Made by a program: the position numbers and the translations under genes. Shown here in pieces: positions 26,330 through 34,314 of a DNA stretch of 38,117 nt (the stretch's first letter is position 1; each line of letters opens with the position of its first letter). Source of the stretch: an uncultured Blastochloridaceae bacterium (GTDB lineage Bacteria; Verrucomicrobiota; Verrucomicrobiia; Methylacidiphilales; JBCBYL01); the NCBI GenBank assembly GCA_964438585.1, contig CAYTLD010000001.1:1-38117 (forward strand). The letters are read 5' to 3'. Below the pieces are notes generated by a model. It had not been told where the DNA came from, searched no databases, and worked only from the letters and a program-made list of their open reading frames with translations.

Positions 26330-27498
26330 TAGAATGGAGCCTTGTTGACTTTCCAGAGCAGCCAGAAGCCCAATCCCTGGAAGAATAAATTGGGAATCCA
26401 GATAATCAGGTCGGGGTAGGCGGCGGCGTCGTCTCTCTGGGCTTTGGCTAAGGAAATCATAAAATAATAGACGACGACAATGCCCAGACTCATGACAAAA
26501 CTCATGGAGGTTTCTCGGCGCTGAGTCATCAGAGCGATGGGTATTCCCATCAGGCAGAAAGTAAAACAGGCGCTGGAAAAAGCCAACCGCATTTGCAATT
26601 CCGTGATAATCGGCAAAAGGCGGAATTCCCCGTCCGGGCTGATGACCTGGCTCCCGATTTTATCGAGCGTCCAGACGGTGATGTTTTTTTCCAGTCGGGA
26701 GGTGTCGAGAAATTGTTTCAGCGAGATTCTCAATGGAAGCTGGGAAGCGCGCATGCCGGTCTGGATATCATTGATGACGGTGGGATCATCTCCCCGTTCC
26801 TCCTGCCGGGCGTTGTAGAGGGTGATGTCCAACGACTGCTCCGGCAAATTGGCGGCTATGATCCCGTAATCGGCCCGGATGCTGCGTTTGGGAATGCCAT
26901 CACCATTGATCTCCCAGATGTGCACCCCGTCGATCCGGTTGCCGGATTTTTTCTGGATGTAGAGGCGCATGCCCCCGAAGTGCTCGATGGGCTCCTGGGC
27001 CTTCAAAAAAACCGTCGGGTTCTCGCGTCCCATATCCACCAGGGTGCGCTTGAATTTCGCCATTGCGCCGGGAGCCAGAAACGAGTTGTTGTAAAAAGAA
27101 AAGCCGCAGAGTACCAGACTGAAAAGAATCACCGGCGCGGCAAAGGGGGCCAGCCCCACTCCCGCTGCCCGCACCGCTGTCAATTCATGGTCATGCGACA
27201 TCCGCCCGAAAACCAGCAGGATGGCGATCAAAAACCCCCAGGGCACCGTAAACGTCAGTGCCGTAGGCACCAGCAGCACGATCATTTCGAGCACGATGCT
27301 GAGGGGAACATCATTGCTGACCATCAGATCGAATACATTCTGATAGGCATTTCCCATCACGAGGATGAAGGACATCACCCCGATCGCTACCAGGGTGGTG
27401 GTGACAATTCGGATAAAGAGGTATCGATAGAGAACTTTCAAAGCTTGATTAAAATATTTCCAGAGAGAAGGGTATGCGGCAACCTTTACCTTGAACAT
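26329..27498 (-). CDS. LptF/LptG-family (YjgP/YjgQ) LPS export permease
   Basis: TM1-3, then a large periplasmic domain, then TM4-6. The family-typical N-terminus KVLYRYLFIRIV begins at a TTG at 27441, which may be the true start (370 aa instead of 389 aa). Confidence 0.8.
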   Translation of the reverse strand: MFKVKVAAYPSLWKYFNQALKVLYRYLFIRIVTTTLVAIGVMSFILVMGNAYQNVFDLMVSNDVPLSIVLEMIVLLVPTALTFTVPWGFLIAILLVFGRMSHDHELTAVRAAGVGLAPFAAPVILFSLVLCGFSFYNNSFLAPGAMAKFKRTLVDMGRENPTVFLKAQEPIEHFGGMRLYIQKKSGNRIDGVHIWEINGDGIPKRSIRADYGIIAANLPEQSLDITLYNARQEERGDDPTVINDIQTGMRASQLPLRISLKQFLDTSRLEKNITVWTLDKIGSQVISPDGEFRLLPIITELQMRLAFSSACFTFCLMGIPIALMTQRRETSMSFVMSLGIVVVYYFMISLAKAQRDDAAAYPDLIIWIPNLFFQGLGFWLLWKVNKAPF

Positions 27499-27509
27499 CG
27501 TAATTTACT

Positions 27510-28097
27510 GTGACTGATCAAATCGCATTTGATGAAACTCAAGCCCTATCGCTTGCCCGCGCCGGTAAGCATGAGGGCTGGGAACTGCTCCATGCCCACT
27601 ACTACCGGGGCATCTGGGCCGCTGTTAATCAAATTCTGCACGATGACAGCCTCTCGGAGGACGTGGTTCAGGAGGCCTTTGTCAAAGCCCACAAGAAACT
27701 GAACCGCTTTCGGGGGCAATCCAAATTCAGCACCTGGCTCTACCGGATCGCCGTCAATCAAGCCTACGACACCGTCCGTAAGTCCGGACGCAGGCAAAAG
27801 TGGCTGGGCCTTTTCCCCATCCAGAATGATGATGAGGATCGTGAAATCGAGGCCGTCGAGCACCGCACCGGGGCGGATGAAGTCCAGAATCGGGATTTAA
27901 ATAAAAGAATCCACCTGGCCATGGAAAGTTTGAATCCCGATCAGCGGGCTGTCGTCGAATTGAGATTAATACAGGGATTTAGTACAGAGGAAACGGCAAA
28001 AATGTTGGGCTGTAAAAAAGGAACCGTGCTATCGAGGTTGTATTATAGCTGTCAAAAGCTACAATCTTTATTGGAGGATGAATATGATGAACTATGA
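27510..28097 (+). CDS. ECF-type RNA polymerase sigma factor (sigma-70 family group 4)
   Basis: 195 aa with a GTG start. Region 2 DVVQEAFVKAHKKLNRF...FSTWLYRIAVNQAYD and region 4 IQGFSTEETAKMLGCKKGTVLSRLYYSCQKL. Confidence 0.88.
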   Translation: MTDQIAFDETQALSLARAGKHEGWELLHAHYYRGIWAAVNQILHDDSLSEDVVQEAFVKAHKKLNRFRGQSKFSTWLYRIAVNQAYDTVRKSGRRQKWLGLFPIQNDDEDREIEAVEHRTGADEVQNRDLNKRIHLAMESLNPDQRAVVELRLIQGFSTEETAKMLGCKKGTVLSRLYYSCQKLQSLLEDEYDEL

Positions 28098-28521
28098 AAC
28101 ATTCAACAGGGAGTTGGAAAATTCCGACCGGGTGCTGGGTGGCAGCTCGAAATCAGAGTTGAGCCGACTTAGAAATCAGCTCTGTGACTACCACCAGAGC
28201 ACACAGGACCGCTCTGAGTTCCACCAGCAGGCCTCCTGGACCCGCCTCCGGAGTCGTCTGGAAGAGAAACCCGGAAGACGCGGGTTGAGTTCTTTCCTCG
28301 CGCCGGTGGCACTACCCGGCTTCATGGGTGTCATCCTCGCACTCTGGCTCATTCCCGGCACCACCGACACCATAGGTAAAGTCGATGCCCCCAATATCGA
28401 AATCAGCACCCGCCAGCCCAACATCTACGTCACCCCCTTTCACTCAAAAAGCGTCCAGGCTGATGTCATCTGGGCAGAGGGCTACCACTACATCCCGGCC
28501 TCTTACACAGTTACCCGATGA
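28084..28521 (+). CDS. putative anti-sigma factor (single-pass membrane protein)
   Basis: It overlaps the sigma gene end. GGAGG at 28073-28077 favours ATG 28084 over 28078. One central TM segment (FLAPVALPGFMGVILALWLI). The call rests on position and architecture only. Confidence 0.5.
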   Translation: MMNYETFNRELENSDRVLGGSSKSELSRLRNQLCDYHQSTQDRSEFHQQASWTRLRSRLEEKPGRRGLSSFLAPVALPGFMGVILALWLIPGTTDTIGKVDAPNIEISTRQPNIYVTPFHSKSVQADVIWAEGYHYIPASYTVTR

Positions 28522-28988
28522 AATTCTCCGGATTCCTCGCCCTGGGTTTCTTCACCGGGTTACTGACCGGTTCGCTATCGGCGGAAGATCCGGAGCCTCC
28601 CACCCCCTCCCGGCAATTTTCCGTGCAGCTCATTCACGCTCAGAATGTGCGTATTGAAGACGACCCCTCGATTGAAACGGATCTGCGCAAGCAGTTGGTC
28701 ACCTTATTTGGTTACGACCGCTATCGGAAAATAGGCCACACCGTCTCCTCGGCTCAGGACGACCAGCCTTCACGTTTAAGTGCTTCAGAAATGTTCGATA
28801 TGCGCATGATGATGCTGGAAAAGAAGCACGACACCTACCAGTTCGAACTGATCCAGCAGGGCAACTCCGTTTTTAAAGGCAAGGTGACTCCCAAGCCCAA
28901 AGTTCCCATCATCATCCGTGGCCCATTCTACGATAAAGGCAACCTCATCCTCGTCATCAAAGAGTATCACAAGCCCAAGCCCGAGTAA
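28518..28988 (+). CDS. hypothetical secreted protein
   Basis: 156 aa. Signal peptide MKFSGFLALGFFTGLLTGSLSA. ATGA overlap with the upstream gene. Followed by a hairpin plus T-tract. Confidence 0.5.
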   Translation: MKFSGFLALGFFTGLLTGSLSAEDPEPPTPSRQFSVQLIHAQNVRIEDDPSIETDLRKQLVTLFGYDRYRKIGHTVSSAQDDQPSRLSASEMFDMRMMMLEKKHDTYQFELIQQGNSVFKGKVTPKPKVPIIIRGPFYDKGNLILVIKEYHKPKPE

Positions 28989-28991
28989 TTC

Positions 28992-29035
28992 TCCTCCGCC
29001 CATCCTTCCCCGGAGGAATTTGTGTTTATTTTATC
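28992..29035 (+). terminator. probable intrinsic terminator
   Basis: TCCTCCG (28992-28998) pairs with CGGAGGA (29011-29017) across a 12-nt loop. It is followed by ATTTGTGTTTATTTT. Confidence 0.45.
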
Positions 29036-29058
29036 ATCCTGTGGGCTAGGTTGTTCCT

Positions 29059-29511
29059 ATGCCATTAATGGAAAAAATTCAGAACGACCTCAAGGATGCG
29101 ATGCGGTCTAAGGATACGGTTCGCCTGAACACACTGCGGATGCTGAAATCTGCGATCATGTATGCAACCACCGCCGGAGCAGCCTCATCCGTAGCCGACG
29201 ATGAGATGGTTATTCAGGCCATCCGTAAGGAAATGAAAAAGCGTGAGGATGCGATCGACAGCTTCCGGCAGGCAGGACGGGAGGATCAGGCCGTTCAGGA
29301 AGAAGCTGAAAAAGATATTCTCCAGGAATACCTGCCGCCAGCCCTGAACGCGGAAGAATTGGCAGCCATGGTCAGTGAAGCCATCCAGGAAGTCGGAGCC
29401 ACCTCCCGCAAGCAAATGGGCGCGGTCATGCAACTCTTGAACAGCAAGGTCGCCGGCCGTGCCGATGGAAAAACCCTCAGCCAGGCGGTTCAAGCAGCTC
29501 TGGGAAACTGA
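29059..29511 (+). CDS. yqeY: GatB/YqeY domain-containing protein
   Basis: 150 aa. The N-terminus (IQNDLKDAMRSKDTVRLNTLRMLKSAI) and C-terminus (MGAVMQLLNSKVAGRADGKTLSQAV) are typical of YqeY. Confidence 0.85.
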   Translation: MPLMEKIQNDLKDAMRSKDTVRLNTLRMLKSAIMYATTAGAASSVADDEMVIQAIRKEMKKREDAIDSFRQAGREDQAVQEEAEKDILQEYLPPALNAEELAAMVSEAIQEVGATSRKQMGAVMQLLNSKVAGRADGKTLSQAVQAALGN

Positions 29512-29601
29512 TTTTTATACGCATGAACGAAATTACTCTCCTCCTGCTTATCATCACGTCTGTTATTTTGTGGGGCTGCTGATCCGGAAAGCCGGTCCCT
29601 G

Positions 29602-29973
29602 ATGCCTGCACGGCCTCACTCACCCCGGTCACCCCGGCGCGCGCAATGGATCCTTCTGGGGGGCACTCTCCTTCTCTATGGCCTCTTGAGCTGCTATCGC
29701 CCGGAGCTGGCCCCATCCGTATGGCGTGACTCGCTTCCCAGCCTGCTCTTTTTCCCCGCTGCTTTCAGCCTTGTCGGTCTGGCACCACGTTTCCTCGGCG
29801 GAGCGGGTGGAGATGCGATCCAGAAACGAACCTGGATCGCAGGCACTCTCGTCGGCATTGCGCTGATCGAGGGAATAGCCCCCGCCCTGGGCCGCGGCAC
29901 CTCGGATCTAATCGATGCCTTCGCCCTCGCCCTCGGTGCTGGCATTTATGCCATCGCCGTTGGAGGTGATTAA
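29602..29973 (+). CDS. hypothetical membrane protein (weak VanZ-like impression)
   Basis: 123 aa with three or four hydrophobic segments. The C-terminal pattern EGIAPALGRGTSDLIDAFALALGAG loosely resembles VanZ. GC-rich region with competing shadow ORFs. Confidence 0.35.
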   Translation: MPARPHSPRSPRRAQWILLGGTLLLYGLLSCYRPELAPSVWRDSLPSLLFFPAAFSLVGLAPRFLGGAGGDAIQKRTWIAGTLVGIALIEGIAPALGRGTSDLIDAFALALGAGIYAIAVGGD

Positions 29974-30063
29974 AACTGGTGCCGCAACCAGGCTGCTTAT
30001 TTGAGATTCCAGAAATCCTAGGACTACGCATCCCAAGAGAAGCTGACGGCCAAAAGCGTGTAA

Positions 30064-30105
30064 CCTCAATCTTGAATGTCATACGTATGACATTCAAGAT
30101 TGAGG
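30064..30105. repeat. 42-bp perfect loop-less palindrome
   Basis: CCTCAATCTTGAATGTCATAC|GTATGACATTCAAGATTGAGG. I checked it base by base and found 21/21 complementary positions. It ends 105 nt upstream of the mgtE ATG. Confidence 0.9.
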
Positions 30106-30210
30106 CGAGAAAATAACACCCATCGCCGTTCCTCCACGGAAGTGGCGTGGTCTGGACGACGCAAACCATTGCATGATTGCAGGAATACGAACTTGCTGCA
30201 CTATTCACTC

Positions 30211-31548
30211 ATGGCTGTAGATTTTTCCGATATTCAGGAAGACATGGTGAATGATGCCTTTATCGAGACCCTGCGTGATGAACACCCCCACGACATCGCC
30301 TCGCAAATCCAATACCTCAACACCGATGCCCTCCGGAAAATTTGCCGCCACCTCCCCGATGAATTGACCGCCGAAGTGATTACCGAACTGCCGCGCGAAC
30401 GCCAGATCGACCTCTTCGAAGCCATGCGGATCAATCGCCTCTCCGGGATCATCAATGAAATGTTCACCGATGATGTCGCTGACGTGCTCGGAGAACTTTC
30501 GACCGAGCGGCTCCGGATCATTCTGACCGCATTACCGTCAGAGGAAGCCTCCCGCATCTCACAATTGCTCGGCTATCCGGAGGATTCCGCGGGTGGGATC
30601 ATGCAGACCGAGTTTCTCGCTGTTCAGGAGACCATGACCATTGAAGAAGCCCGCGAGTGGGTCCGGCGTGATGAAGAAAGTCACATCGAAGGTGCTTACT
30701 ACCTCTATGTGGTGGACAGTATCGGACGCCTGGCCGGGGTGCTGCGCATGCGCGACTTGCTCTTCCGCCCGGAAAAACTCCCGGTCTCCGAGGCTATGAT
30801 TAAGGAAGTGCGCTGCGTCAGCGTCCACGCCGATCAGGAAAAAATTGCTGAGCTGGTTCAGAACTACCACTACCTGGCGGTTCCCGTCGTCGATGATTTC
30901 GGAAAACTCGTCGGCGTCGTCACCAATGATGATGTCATCGATGTCATTCAGGAGGAGGCCACTGAGGACATGCAACGTCTGGCTGGTCTTTCCGGAGAGG
31001 ATGGCATCAACTCGCTCTGGCATGAATCGGTCAAACGCCGGCTTCCCTGGCTCTACATCAATCTTATCATGGCCTTCGCCGCTGCGGCTGTTGTTTCTCT
31101 CTACGAATCGACCATCACCCAGTATGCTGTTCTGGCTGTCTTCCTGCCCGTCATCGCCGGTCTCGGCGGGAATACCGGCATGCAGGTGCTGACCATCATG
31201 GTGCGCGCCATGGCTCTGGGGGAAGTCCAAGCCAACTTCCAGACTCGCCTGCTTCGGAAGGAACTGCTGGCCGGGCTCATTAACGGGTTGGCCGTGGGCC
31301 TGGGTGTCAGCCTCATCTGCTGGATATGGAAAGGCAATCTCATGCTCGGGCTCATTATCCTCGTGGCCATGATCGTCAACATGATCTGCGCCGCTGGCGC
31401 TGGCGTGCTTGTCCCCCTCGGACTCCGGGCCCTTAAAATCGATCCCGCTCTGGCCTCCTCCATCATCGTGACCACCATCGTCGATGTCTTCGGTTTTTTC
31501 TGTTTCCTCAGCCTCGCCACCGCCACGATCCATCTGATCAGCACTTGA
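30211..31548 (+). CDS. mgtE: magnesium transporter MgtE
   Basis: I place the start at ATG 30211 (MAVDFSDIQ..., 445 aa). MgtE N-domain, tandem CBS motifs (YLYVVDSIGRLAGVLRMRDLL; LAVPVVDDFGKLVGVVTNDDVIDVI) and a C-terminal 5-TM domain. Confidence 0.9.
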   Translation: MAVDFSDIQEDMVNDAFIETLRDEHPHDIASQIQYLNTDALRKICRHLPDELTAEVITELPRERQIDLFEAMRINRLSGIINEMFTDDVADVLGELSTERLRIILTALPSEEASRISQLLGYPEDSAGGIMQTEFLAVQETMTIEEAREWVRRDEESHIEGAYYLYVVDSIGRLAGVLRMRDLLFRPEKLPVSEAMIKEVRCVSVHADQEKIAELVQNYHYLAVPVVDDFGKLVGVVTNDDVIDVIQEEATEDMQRLAGLSGEDGINSLWHESVKRRLPWLYINLIMAFAAAAVVSLYESTITQYAVLAVFLPVIAGLGGNTGMQVLTIMVRAMALGEVQANFQTRLLRKELLAGLINGLAVGLGVSLICWIWKGNLMLGLIILVAMIVNMICAAGAGVLVPLGLRALKIDPALASSIIVTTIVDVFGFFCFLSLATATIHLIST

Positions 31549-31549
31549 G

Positions 31550-31987
31550 ATGTCCTACCTGCTCATTGATGGTCATAGCGTCCTCTTTCAGTGGAAGGAT
31601 ATGTCTGTTCTGCATCGGCAGCGTCCGGCCCAGGCCCGCGAGGCACTCACCCGCGTGCTCTCGCACCTGCACGATACCAGCGACTGGAGGATCACCCTCG
31701 TCTTCGACGGTCAGAGCGGCCCCACCCGTAAAGCGGAACCCGGAAAAATTCACGTTATCTACAGCTCCCGTGACCAGACCGCCGACAGCGTCATCGAGCG
31801 GCTTGTCCACTCCGCCCCTGATCCCTCCGCCGTCTCCGTCGTCACCGCCGACCGGCAGGAGCAATTGACGGTGGAATCTTTTGGTGCCCTCGTTTATCAT
31901 CCCGATTGGTTGAAAGATGAATGTGAGCGAAATGACAGCGAATGGAAGGAAACCCTCCGATCGGCTGAAAAACAGGCGCGATGGTGA
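31550..31987 (+). CDS. YacP-like NYN-domain protein (Rae1-type predicted ribonuclease)
   Basis: 145 aa. Patterns YLLIDGHSVLF..., VFDG, IYSS...TADSVIERL and VVTADRQEQ match the YacP/NYN family. It starts 1 nt after the mgtE stop. Confidence 0.75.
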   Translation: MSYLLIDGHSVLFQWKDMSVLHRQRPAQAREALTRVLSHLHDTSDWRITLVFDGQSGPTRKAEPGKIHVIYSSRDQTADSVIERLVHSAPDPSAVSVVTADRQEQLTVESFGALVYHPDWLKDECERNDSEWKETLRSAEKQARW

Positions 31988-32080
31988 AAAAGTCCTGCAA
32001 AAAACTAATAACCTTTTTGCTTGCAGACTTATCCCCGTTTGTGTAACTACTTAGAAAAAGGATACCTACAGGAGTTTATA

Positions 32081-32911
32081 ATGTCAGGAATGGGAAAAGC
32101 TTTACTCATACTAGCCATCGTGATGTCAATCGCAGCCGCGGTCGCTGGATACATGCTATCGACGAAGAAGACGCAATTTAGCGATCAACTTGTCGCGGTC
32201 GAATCCGCATTACGTGCCAATGAAAGTATTACCTACTCAGGCAATTACACTCTCAATCCCAACGAACCTGCTACCACTGTCGGATCTGTAGTTACCATTC
32301 TCACCAACACCGAGGAAGAGTTGGCCACGACCAAATCCACGCTGGCTGACACCACCCAGAAGCTGGCGGATCGCAACACGGAAGTTTCACAGCTCAAGGA
32401 AAACCTCGCTTCCACCGAGCGCGATCTCTCCGAAACCAAAACCACCCTCACCTCCGCTCAGGAAGCCATGGTGCCACTAAAAGCCAAAGTCGAGGAATAC
32501 GATGAATTGCTCGGCGGACGCGAACTTAAAGTCGTCCTTTCTGACCTCTCGGAGGTCCAGGAGAATTTTAAAGTAGTCGAGGCGGAAAAGCGCGTGATTG
32601 AAAATATCCTGTCCGAAAAAAGCGATAAGCTGGCCCGGCTGGAGGAAATCATGGACATGGGCAAACGCGGTGTCGCCCCGCTCGATCTCTCCGGAAAAGT
32701 CCTGGCTATCAACAAAGCCTGGAACTTTGTCGTCCTCGATGTCGGACGTGATGACCAGCTTCCGGAAGGAGTCGATCTGACCGTTTACCGTGGCGATAAC
32801 TTGGTTGGTAAAGTCCGCACTGTTGCCGTCGATATCGATACCGCCATCGCCGATATCATCCCCGAATGGACTAAAGGACAAATCGAGGTTGGCGATCAGG
32901 TTCTTTTTTAG
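32081..32911 (+). CDS. hypothetical membrane-anchored coiled-coil protein with C-terminal beta-rich domain
   Basis: I place the start at ATG 32081, preceded by GGAG (276 aa). N-terminal TM segment ALLILAIVMSIAAAVAGYML, a Thr/Glu/Leu-rich coiled coil, then GKVLAINKAWNFVVLDVG...VYRGDNLVGKVRTVAV. Confidence 0.55.
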   Translation: MSGMGKALLILAIVMSIAAAVAGYMLSTKKTQFSDQLVAVESALRANESITYSGNYTLNPNEPATTVGSVVTILTNTEEELATTKSTLADTTQKLADRNTEVSQLKENLASTERDLSETKTTLTSAQEAMVPLKAKVEEYDELLGGRELKVVLSDLSEVQENFKVVEAEKRVIENILSEKSDKLARLEEIMDMGKRGVAPLDLSGKVLAINKAWNFVVLDVGRDDQLPEGVDLTVYRGDNLVGKVRTVAVDIDTAIADIIPEWTKGQIEVGDQVLF

Positions 32912-32924
32912 TAGGTTAAGACCT

Positions 32925-33128
32925 ATGAAAACATCCATTCTTACCCACTTTTTCCGCTTTTTCCGCTTTTCCCTCCTCGCCTGCATCCTTTCTTCTTCTT
33001 TCCTAATCGGCTGTGCCAGCAAACAGGAAGATCTGACCAAGAAAGACCGGGAAAAAATCAGCACCATCCCCCATAACCGCCCCCAAAGCTGGGAAGGTCA
33101 GGGAGTTCTCGGCGGCATGGTTCAGTAG
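32925..33128 (+). CDS. small putative lipoprotein
   Basis: 67 aa from ATG 32925. Signal peptide with lipobox LIGC (FSLLACILSSSFLIGCASK). Starts 13 nt after the previous gene. Confidence 0.45.
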   Translation: MKTSILTHFFRFFRFSLLACILSSSFLIGCASKQEDLTKKDREKISTIPHNRPQSWEGQGVLGGMVQ

Positions 33129-33149
33129 CAGCCTTTGATCAAACCCCGA

Positions 33150-34160
33150 TCACCGGGAAGTAAAGTTCTCGGCAATCTGGACTGCATTCCAGGCCGCTCC
33201 CTTGAGCAATTGATCCCCGCTGATAAAAAAAGCGATTGATTTTCCGCTCTCTCCCGCGTTCCGAATCCTCCCGACCAGCACCTCCAGCTCACCGGTGGCC
33301 TCGATGGGCATCGGGAAATGGCCTTTCTTGGGATCATCGACCAGGCGCACCCCCGGTGCCGTTCCCAGAATCTCTCTGGCATCCGCAGCATCCAATGGCT
33401 GCTCCAAATCCAGCACCACCGCCTCACTATGGGCACGCAGAACCGGAACCCGGATACAGGTCGGAATAATTTCCATTTCCGGGGCATGAAAAATTCTCTT
33501 CACTTCCGCCACCAGCTTGTTCTCCTCATCGTTATACCCATTGTCCGCCACCGGAGAATTGTGGGAGAACACATTGAACAAAATCGGATACGGAAAGACC
33601 TCAGCCCGGATATCCTTACCGGCCGCATAATCCGTGACCTGACACTTTAATTCTTCCATCGCCTGGGCCCCGGCACCGCTCGCCGACTGATAGGTGGCTA
33701 CCGTAATTCGCTTCACCCCGGCCCGACGGTGAATCGGCCAGACCGCCACCGCCAGGATGGCTGCACAGCAATTCGGATTGGCCACCAGTCGGCATCCCTC
33801 CGTCATATCTCCGGCATTCACTTCCGGAATTACCAGCGGCACGTCCTCGTCCATCCGGAATGCAGATGAATTATCGATCACCAGGGCACCCGCCGCCTGC
33901 GCCGCAGGAACAAATTCGCGCGATCGGCCCGCCCCGGCACTGAAAAAAGCAATGTCGATCCCCGTAAAGGCCCCTTCCTCCAGAAGCCGGATCGGAACCG
34001 GCTTTCCCTGAAATTCCAATTCCCGCCCCACCGAGCGCTCCGAAGCCAGCAGGCGGCATTCCCCCACCGGAAATTTTCTCCTCTCCAGCACCCGAAGGAT
34101 TTCCTGCCCCACCGCGCCTGTCGCTCCAACTACAGCAATGTTGTAATATCTATCCACCAT
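33150..34160 (-). CDS. asd: aspartate-semialdehyde dehydrogenase
   Basis: 336 aa. Rossmann motif VVGATGAVGQ and active-site Cys in NPNCCA. Confidence 0.92.
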   Translation of the reverse strand: MVDRYYNIAVVGATGAVGQEILRVLERRKFPVGECRLLASERSVGRELEFQGKPVPIRLLEEGAFTGIDIAFFSAGAGRSREFVPAAQAAGALVIDNSSAFRMDEDVPLVIPEVNAGDMTEGCRLVANPNCCAAILAVAVWPIHRRAGVKRITVATYQSASGAGAQAMEELKCQVTDYAAGKDIRAEVFPYPILFNVFSHNSPVADNGYNDEENKLVAEVKRIFHAPEMEIIPTCIRVPVLRAHSEAVVLDLEQPLDAADAREILGTAPGVRLVDDPKKGHFPMPIEATGELEVLVGRIRNAGESGKSIAFFISGDQLLKGAAWNAVQIAENFTSR

Positions 34161-34314
34161 TTGACCGAACGTAATCCAAAACGAAAAAAATCATACATCA
34201 AAAATTCAATCATCGTCGGACTTACCACTTTTCAGACAGCCACTGAGAAATCTTCTCAGACAGTAACAGTGGCAGGCAGATGTTGCCAGACCGATTAAGA
34301 TAGCTTACATTTGA

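Noticed and set aside
21401-30105. The two long palindromes being copies of one mobile element or inverted-repeat termini of a single unit.
   Set aside because: The half-sites share only about a third of positions beyond the central ACGT. The 8.6 kb between them is ordinary operonic housekeeping DNA with no transposition genes.
29974-30210. M-box (ykoK) Mg2+ riboswitch upstream of mgtE.
   Set aside because: I could not find the conserved M-box cores (for example GTTAGGTGAGGCTCC, or GCTAAAGCTCTACG-like segments). The region is dominated by the 42-bp palindrome instead. A covariance-model scan (Rfam RF00380) would settle it.
31988-32080. Terminator hairpin GCAAAAA…TTTTTGC after the YacP-like gene.
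   Set aside because: The stem is only 7 AT-rich base pairs with a 10-nt loop and no clean U-tract. That is too weak to call.
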